Assembly (NCBI GenBank): GCA_964016885.1
Contig: OZ024742.1
Span: 236,220,001 to 236,284,000, forward strand
Direction of reading: 5' to 3'
Source of the DNA: Eledone cirrhosa
Lineage: Eukaryota
Length of the DNA stretch: 64,000 bases
Shown: positions 57,871 to 64,000 of the stretch, piece after piece
Layout: each line of letters begins with the position of its first letter
Position numbering within the stretch: position 1 is the stretch's first letter
Program-made: the position numbers and the translations under genes
Notes under the pieces: model-generated
Told to the model about the DNA's origin: nothing
The model's input: only the letters and a program-made list of their open reading frames with translations
Database searches by the model: none

Positions 57871-58518
57871 TAAAGTGGTCCTCATCAGTGATCTTCCAAC
57901 CATCACAGGTATTTCTTCGCTTTAAAGACCATATACCTCCGGTTGGTGCGAGCAACGGCTAAAAAAAGTCGTTGGGACACGTAAATAAAGGGGACAGCGA
58001 GAGTGTAAACAAACAAAGATGGTGAAGCAACGAAAAATGAGGAAGAACGAGTCAAGTCCCAAATTTCCATGAATATAAGTTCGGTGAAATCGTGAACGAG
58101 AGAGAATAAAGACCATCAAACCTGGTTGTGTGAGCAAGGAAGGAATTCCGTACAGGTCTAACGGGAGGAAGAAGGAATCTAGTCTGTGAATTCGGTCTAG
58201 ATTCCTTCTTCCTCCCGTTAGACCTGTACGGAATTCCTTCCTTGCTCACATTCCAACCAGGTTTGATGGTCTTTATTCTCTCTCGTTCACGATTTCACCG
58301 AACTTATATTCATGGAAATTTGGGACTTGACTCGTTCTTCCTCACTTTTCGTTGCTTCACCATCTTTGTTTGTTTACACTCTCGCTGTCCCCTTTATTTA
58401 CGTGTCCCAACGACTTTTTTTAGCCGTTGCTCGCATCAACCGGAGGTATATGGTCTTTAAAGCGAAGAAATACCTGTGATGGTTGGAAGATCACTGATGA
58501 GGACCACTTTATTCATAT
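57866..58518. repeat. Large near-perfect inverted repeat (~315-bp arms) between (TA)n tracts
   Basis: atgaataaagtggtcctcatcagtg...ggaatctag / ctagattcc...cactgatgaggaccactttattcat. Confidence 0.9.
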
Positions 58519-58550
58519 GTAACTCATTTGCAACCACGCAGCACGTTTAT

Positions 58551-58617
<67 letters not shown>

Positions 58618-58621
<4 letters not shown>

Positions 58622-58801
58622 AACGAGTAGGACCCCGACGGCTGAGCTCAAACCGTTTCGACGGCTAGAATTGGCCGTCGAAACGGTTTGAGCTCAGCCG
58701 TCGGGATCCTACTTGTTCCTAATACCCACTCTACTACCCTAAGTATTGAGTACTTTGGTGCGTTATGGTCCATCTGGTTCCTTACCACATTTCCTTCGTT
58801 A
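58618..58801. mobile_element. Family R head-to-head pair
   Basis: Junction gtttcgacggctagaattggccgtcGAAAcgg. Confidence 0.8.
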
Positions 58802-58837
58802 TATATATATATATATGTATGAATATATATATATATA

Positions 58838-59757
58838 CTAGCAGCAGTACCCAGCGTTGCCTGGGTAGGTAAAATAATATCTGCTTTGATGAAAAGGTGT
58901 TGATCTTAGCGACTGCGAGTTTCTTGAAAATCGGTCGTAAGGTGTAGCAAATGGCGAAATCTTGAGTGAAATCGTATGGAATATGTGGGAGGTGGAACAA
59001 ATTGTATTTTGAAGAGTTAAACGGCTGCCACGCCGTCCCTGAACAACAAAATGCAAAATGCATAAGATGTGCAATGATAGGTTCTATCGTAGTATAAAAG
59101 TTAAACCAAATAAATTGATTTATGCGTGAGGTGGAGCCGAAGTTTCGAATTTGAACGAAATCGGTTGAAAAATGTGGGAGCTAGAGCCGAAAAGACGGAA
59201 ATTTGAGCGAAAATTTGGTATTTTCGAATATTTAAGCGGCTGTCACACCGTTCCTGAACAAAAAATCCAAAATGTAAAGCCCCTTTAAGACGTTAAATAA
59301 TCAGATCTAGCGTAGTGTATAATTTGAACAAAATAGGTTGATTAATGTGGGAGCTAGAGCCGAAAAAGTGGAAATTTGAGTCTAAAAGTTGTATTTTTGA
59401 ATATTTAAGCGGCTGCCACGCTGTCCCTGAACAACAAATGCAAAATATAAAGCCATTACAGGATGTGCAATGATAAATTTTATTTTGCTTTAAAATTTGA
59501 ACGAAATCGGTGGCAAAATGTGGGAGCTAGAGCCAAACATCTTATTTTTCGATACCTAAAAAAAGGTGACACCCCTATCGATGTTTTTCTGCAGAATGGC
59601 CCCGGAATAAAAAAAAAAACGATGCGCTGATATATAGAAAACACTCCCCGATGACTAATCTATGAGCCTGTAAAGTTTCATGAAAATCAGATGTAGGCCC
59701 CTATAGGTAATACACAGACACACACTCACACACATACTTAATTTTATATATATATAG

Positions 59758-59758
<1 letters not shown>
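58838..59758 (-). mobile_element. Non-autonomous Helitron, second family, with ~173-bp internal tandem repeats
   Basis: A CTAG plus cccagcgttgcctggg hairpin at the left, ttttatatatatatag at the right; aatgtgggagctagagcc repeated three times. Confidence 0.7.
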
Positions 59759-59800
<42 letters not shown>

Positions 59801-59815
59801 TACATATATACATAC

Positions 59816-59856
<41 letters not shown>

Positions 59857-59910
59857 ACAAACAAGAAGTGTAAGTCAACAGGTTAAAATTAACTTCGTTT
59901 ATTCACATTC

Positions 59911-59969
59911 GCTGTTATATATATTTCAGTGATAACCATTATTCAACAGCTATGCCCTCATCAGACAGC
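59911..59969 (-). ncRNA. Type I hammerhead, family P
   Basis: Reverse complement GCTGT CTGATGA GG..ATAGCTGTT/AATGGTTAT..CT GAAA TATATA TA ACAGC. Confidence 0.75.
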
Positions 59970-60226
59970 TAGAACTCGAACAGAAAAAACAGAAAAACAT
60001 AATGATGGAACAAAGTTTACCGCCGTTATTTCGGTCCTTTGATATGCCCTGTATGGTGTTGTTTTCTCAAAGAACTGCTGGCATACACTTCTTGTTTTTA
60101 AATTATTCCGGGGGTAAACAGACCCCCGCCCTGCACACTTCGTTGAGTGCTCTACCCTGCATACTGAAATGTCGGTAACCAAACAACACATATTCAAATT
60201 TTATATATTATCTAATATAGAAATGG

Positions 60227-60270
60227 CTCCTACAAGACTAGAATTGTTTCATTCGTATGAAATCATCAGG
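60227..60270 (-). ncRNA. Hammerhead motif, family Q
   Basis: Reverse complement CTGATGA T TTC ATAC GAA T GAAA caattctag TC ttgtagg. Confidence 0.5.
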
Positions 60271-60488
60271 AATCTGATGCCATCAGCCGCTGCGGGGAGA
60301 CGAACATCATATATCTCCCTGCTGATGGCAACGTTTTTTCCGTCTTAAGGGTCTTCATCCTAATTTATAAGCTATTTTATAACATCTCGTATTATATTAT
60401 ATTAACTTTATTATATTAAGCACATATTATATTAACTTTATCCCCTTACGTCTTCCGGCTACGTATACACGATATATGTGTGTGAATG

Positions 60489-60572
<84 letters not shown>

Positions 60573-60776
60573 AAGATAGATAAATAGATAGATAGATTGA
60601 TAGATAGATTGATAGATAAGTAGGCAGACAGCGAGACGGACAGACAGACAACAGACAAACATAGATAAAATGAGAGCCGACACAGCGAGACAAATAATGT
60701 GTTGTACATAGTTACTACTTTTACATGAAGGGAAAGAGGGAAAGAATAAAATAAAGAATACTGGGGAGAGAGAGTG

Positions 60777-60835
<59 letters not shown>

Positions 60836-60838
60836 TAT

Positions 60839-60891
<53 letters not shown>

Positions 60892-62403
60892 GAAAGACTG
60901 AGATATAGAGAGACAGACAGATAGCGAAAGAGACAGAGTCAGGCAGGGTGAGAAAGAGAGAAAATGAAAGAGAGACAAAGCGACAGAGATGGGAAGATCA
61001 GAAAGGAGAGGGAGTAAATGAGTTAATGAGCTGGGTTATATAATTAATTCTGGTCACATATTTCAGGACGTTAGAACATTTTTTATTATTATCATTTTTT
61101 TTTTTTGTTGCAATGTTCAGAATATCAGGAAAATTCATTTTCCTTGGCTGGTCCTGTCATCACATGTCATAAGTTTCACTTGTCATCACACCGACAACTA
61201 CAACTACTACAACTACAACAACTAGAACAACTACAACCTCAACTGCAACCAACACCTCCAACAATAACTACACCACCACCAACGACAACAACACCAATAA
61301 ATAAATAAATACAAAAATATATAGATAAATAGCAAAACAAACCAAAAGTCGAAGCAATTAAGTCAGATTACAGAGGAGGATTTTTACTTCCTGAGTCACA
61401 GAATATTTTGGGTTAATGTTGAATACATTTCTTTAACTGACATTCAGACAGTACTTCATATAAGGATTAGCAGTAACACTAGCACAGCGTGATTCAGAAT
61501 AGAGGTGTAAACGAAAGCATCTACAATATGAGGTAGAACACAGCTTAAAATACCTACAGTATATATTTATTATACATAAACATAGTGTTTACATATGTTC
61601 TATTCTGATCAGCTCTCCTCTCAGTAGTCTCATCTTCACGAGTTTCAACGGAGTACCAGATTTGTGGCTGTTTTGGCGGGTGTCGTTGGTCATTGTCCGC
61701 GCAATGCCTTTGCCATTTTGTCCGCGGAACGCAGCCTAAACACCACTCTGTCTTAGGTGTATGTATGGACCTGTAACTCCTGATGAAGTCGCAAGGGCCC
61801 AGTCGTGACATACAGCGTACCTTGGGCACTTTAAACGTGGCGGAGCCGATCTCTCTCGAGGTCTCGAGCATAGTCGATTTCTTCCAGAAAATAGAGAGGA
61901 AGTGAGGAATAGATACAGAGAAAGAATCGTCTCCAGTACTGGACTGGTACTTTTTTATCGACCTCGAAAGGATGAAAGGCAATGTTGACCTTGGTGGGAT
62001 TTGAATTCAGAGAGCTCAGAGAGCTGGAACAATTAGCGCAAAAATTATATTCGACCTTCTAACAACTCTGCCAATCCACCGCCATGCAATATTATGCGAA
62101 TTCATTAAAATTAACAAATAAGTAACAACTAAAAAGCAAATTTTACCAAAAATAATTCCATAAACTCTTTCGACACCAAACCACCTAAAACCATTCCTGG
62201 TTCTTCTATAAAAAGCTGTTGATCTTAAAATGTTCATATTTATCTAAAAACCTTCCATCATAATTTTATGTAAGAATATTTGTTAAGTTATATTCCAAAC
62301 ACCAACTTAATGAGAATGTTATTTATATTACCACATCCCCACAGATTCTTGATTATTTTCAAACTTAATTAAAGATATGTTTTTGAAACAGCGAGCGAGT
62401 TTG

Positions 62404-62656
62404 AAATTAGAAATAGAAGCTTTCGCCGTATTTTTTAACTAAAGACATTTTTTAGCATGATAGTGGAGTTTAGAACCCTCTAAGAAATGGAAAAATATTA
62501 GTAATGATGTACATTGTACGTCATGACTTTTCCATTGAGCACAATGTTCGTCAATACTCATCTTTTTCCATTTCTTAAAGGGTTCTAAACCCCACTATCA
62601 GGCTAAAAAAATTATTTAGTAAAAAAAATACGGTGAAAGCTTCTATTTCTAATTTA
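62404..62656. repeat. Diverged ~100-bp inverted repeat lying between two copies of a ~150-bp direct duplication (62235-62375 / 62717-62860)
   Basis: aaattagaaatagaagctttc.ccgtatttt / aaaatacggtgaaagcttctatttctaattt. Confidence 0.75.
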
Positions 62657-64000
62657 ATTAAAAATCATAGACTTATGTCTTTCATTAAGCATATGCTAAT
62701 AAATAAGTTAAAGTGTTTATATTTATCTAAAAAAATCTTCCGCCATATTTTATGTAAGAAATGTTGTTACGTTATGCTCCAAACACTAACTTAATAATGA
62801 GAAAGCTGTTTATATTATCAAATCCTCACAAATTCTTGATTATGTTCAAATTTAATTAGACATCATAGGTAGTGTCTTTCATTAGAAATATGTTAATGAA
62901 AGAGTTAATGAAACTTATCAACTTGCATCTTGCTTTGGAAACTCAAAGATTCTGAGATGGAACTGGCGATAGAGCGATTCTTAGTTGGTTTTCAAGATGA
63001 CTATCTATATGTCTATCATCATGTGGTTCTGGGTTATATATAATTGTTTCTACTTTTTGGCACAAGGCCAGCAATTACCCAGTGTATTACTAGTACTTTA
63101 TTTTATCGACCCCGTAAGGATGAAAGGCAAAGTTAACCTCGGCGGGAGTTGAACTCGGATTGGAAAGGGCCGTAACTCTATGCGTCAAAGCATGGCGTTC
63201 TGGGTTATATATAATGTTATGAAAGACTTCATATTAATAATTGGTAGAAAAGACGGCGAAGTTAGAACGTTGGATAGAATGCTTCGTGATTGTTATTCGT
63301 TATTCGTTATTCTCTGCAATTTGAGCTCAAATCTCGTCGGGACCAATTTTGGCTTTCATTCTTTTGAGATCGATAAACGAAGTACTAGTCCTGGGGTCCA
63401 TTCATCTCTCCCCATTTCTTTCTCTCTCTCACATTCTGTGGAAGAAATTGTCTGCGTTCAGGCACACTACAACTCAATCAAGATTTAAGATGGTAATATT
63501 TTATATTATTATATATGTTTATCTTCACTTAGTTTTTGGTTAAATTTAATGTTGAGAAAGACTTTTCCTATCAATAATTAATAAAAAAAAAATTGACACA
63601 ATTTTCAAAGCGCAATACCTCAAAAGTGAACATTCTTAGAGTAATAACAATTTAAGATCGAAATTAATTAAATTTATCTATTTTGGAATTTCAATATTTA
63701 CATATAATTCCAAAATAGATAAACTTTGTATCTTAAAATATTATCCGACTGTGATGATGAATCCTCCGTCGGTTTCAACGATGAATATTTAGTTATTCGA
63801 TGAATTGAACCGAATTGAAAGATCAGAGCTCCGATATTGCGAATGTGTGGTTAGAATGTCTCAGGAAAGAATTGCTGGACAGATTTTACAGACAAAACCA
63901 ACCGGCAGGAACCCGAGCAAGCTCAGATAATCTCGTTTGGGGATCCAGCCAGATCAATAGAAACGGTTGCTTCTGAGAAGACCCGCAAGAAAAAATATTT

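Noticed and set aside
61780-61812. CTGATGA followed by a small hairpin
   Set aside because: No GAAA or closing stems downstream; likely a chance match.
61554-61982. 142-aa minus-strand ORF
   Set aside because: Begins inside a SINE and has no recognisable domain or clear splice signals.

Overview
This is AT-rich, repeat-saturated animal genomic DNA, intergenic or intronic; the repeat repertoire suggests a cephalopod (octopus), which is an inference. I can support no intact host gene, and nearly all track ORFs are translated (TA)n/(CA)n microsatellites. Recognisable mobile DNA includes a 1287-bp mariner with ~100-bp TIRs, a decayed hAT transposase, a hAT MITE, three non-autonomous Helitrons, RTE, L1/Tx1 and R4/Dong-like LINE remnants, a Penelope-like ORF remnant and two tRNA-derived SINE families. 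The main signal is that the short islands between the (TA)n tracts carry type I hammerhead ribozyme (HHR) motifs (stem I-CTGANGA-stem II-GAAA-stem III-TH-stem I). I find roughly 18-20 sequence-unrelated families and about 30 whole or partial copies. Many have palindromic stem III, visible compensatory changes and core variants (TTGATAA = U3-A8; CAGAAGA). They typically sit as head-to-head inverted pairs whose 3' ends run into (TA)n. One family forms 590-593-bp head-to-tail repeats with one HHR per unit, resembling a retrozyme / Penelope-dependent circular-RNA retroelement. All ribozyme calls are by-eye structural readings; activity is untested.
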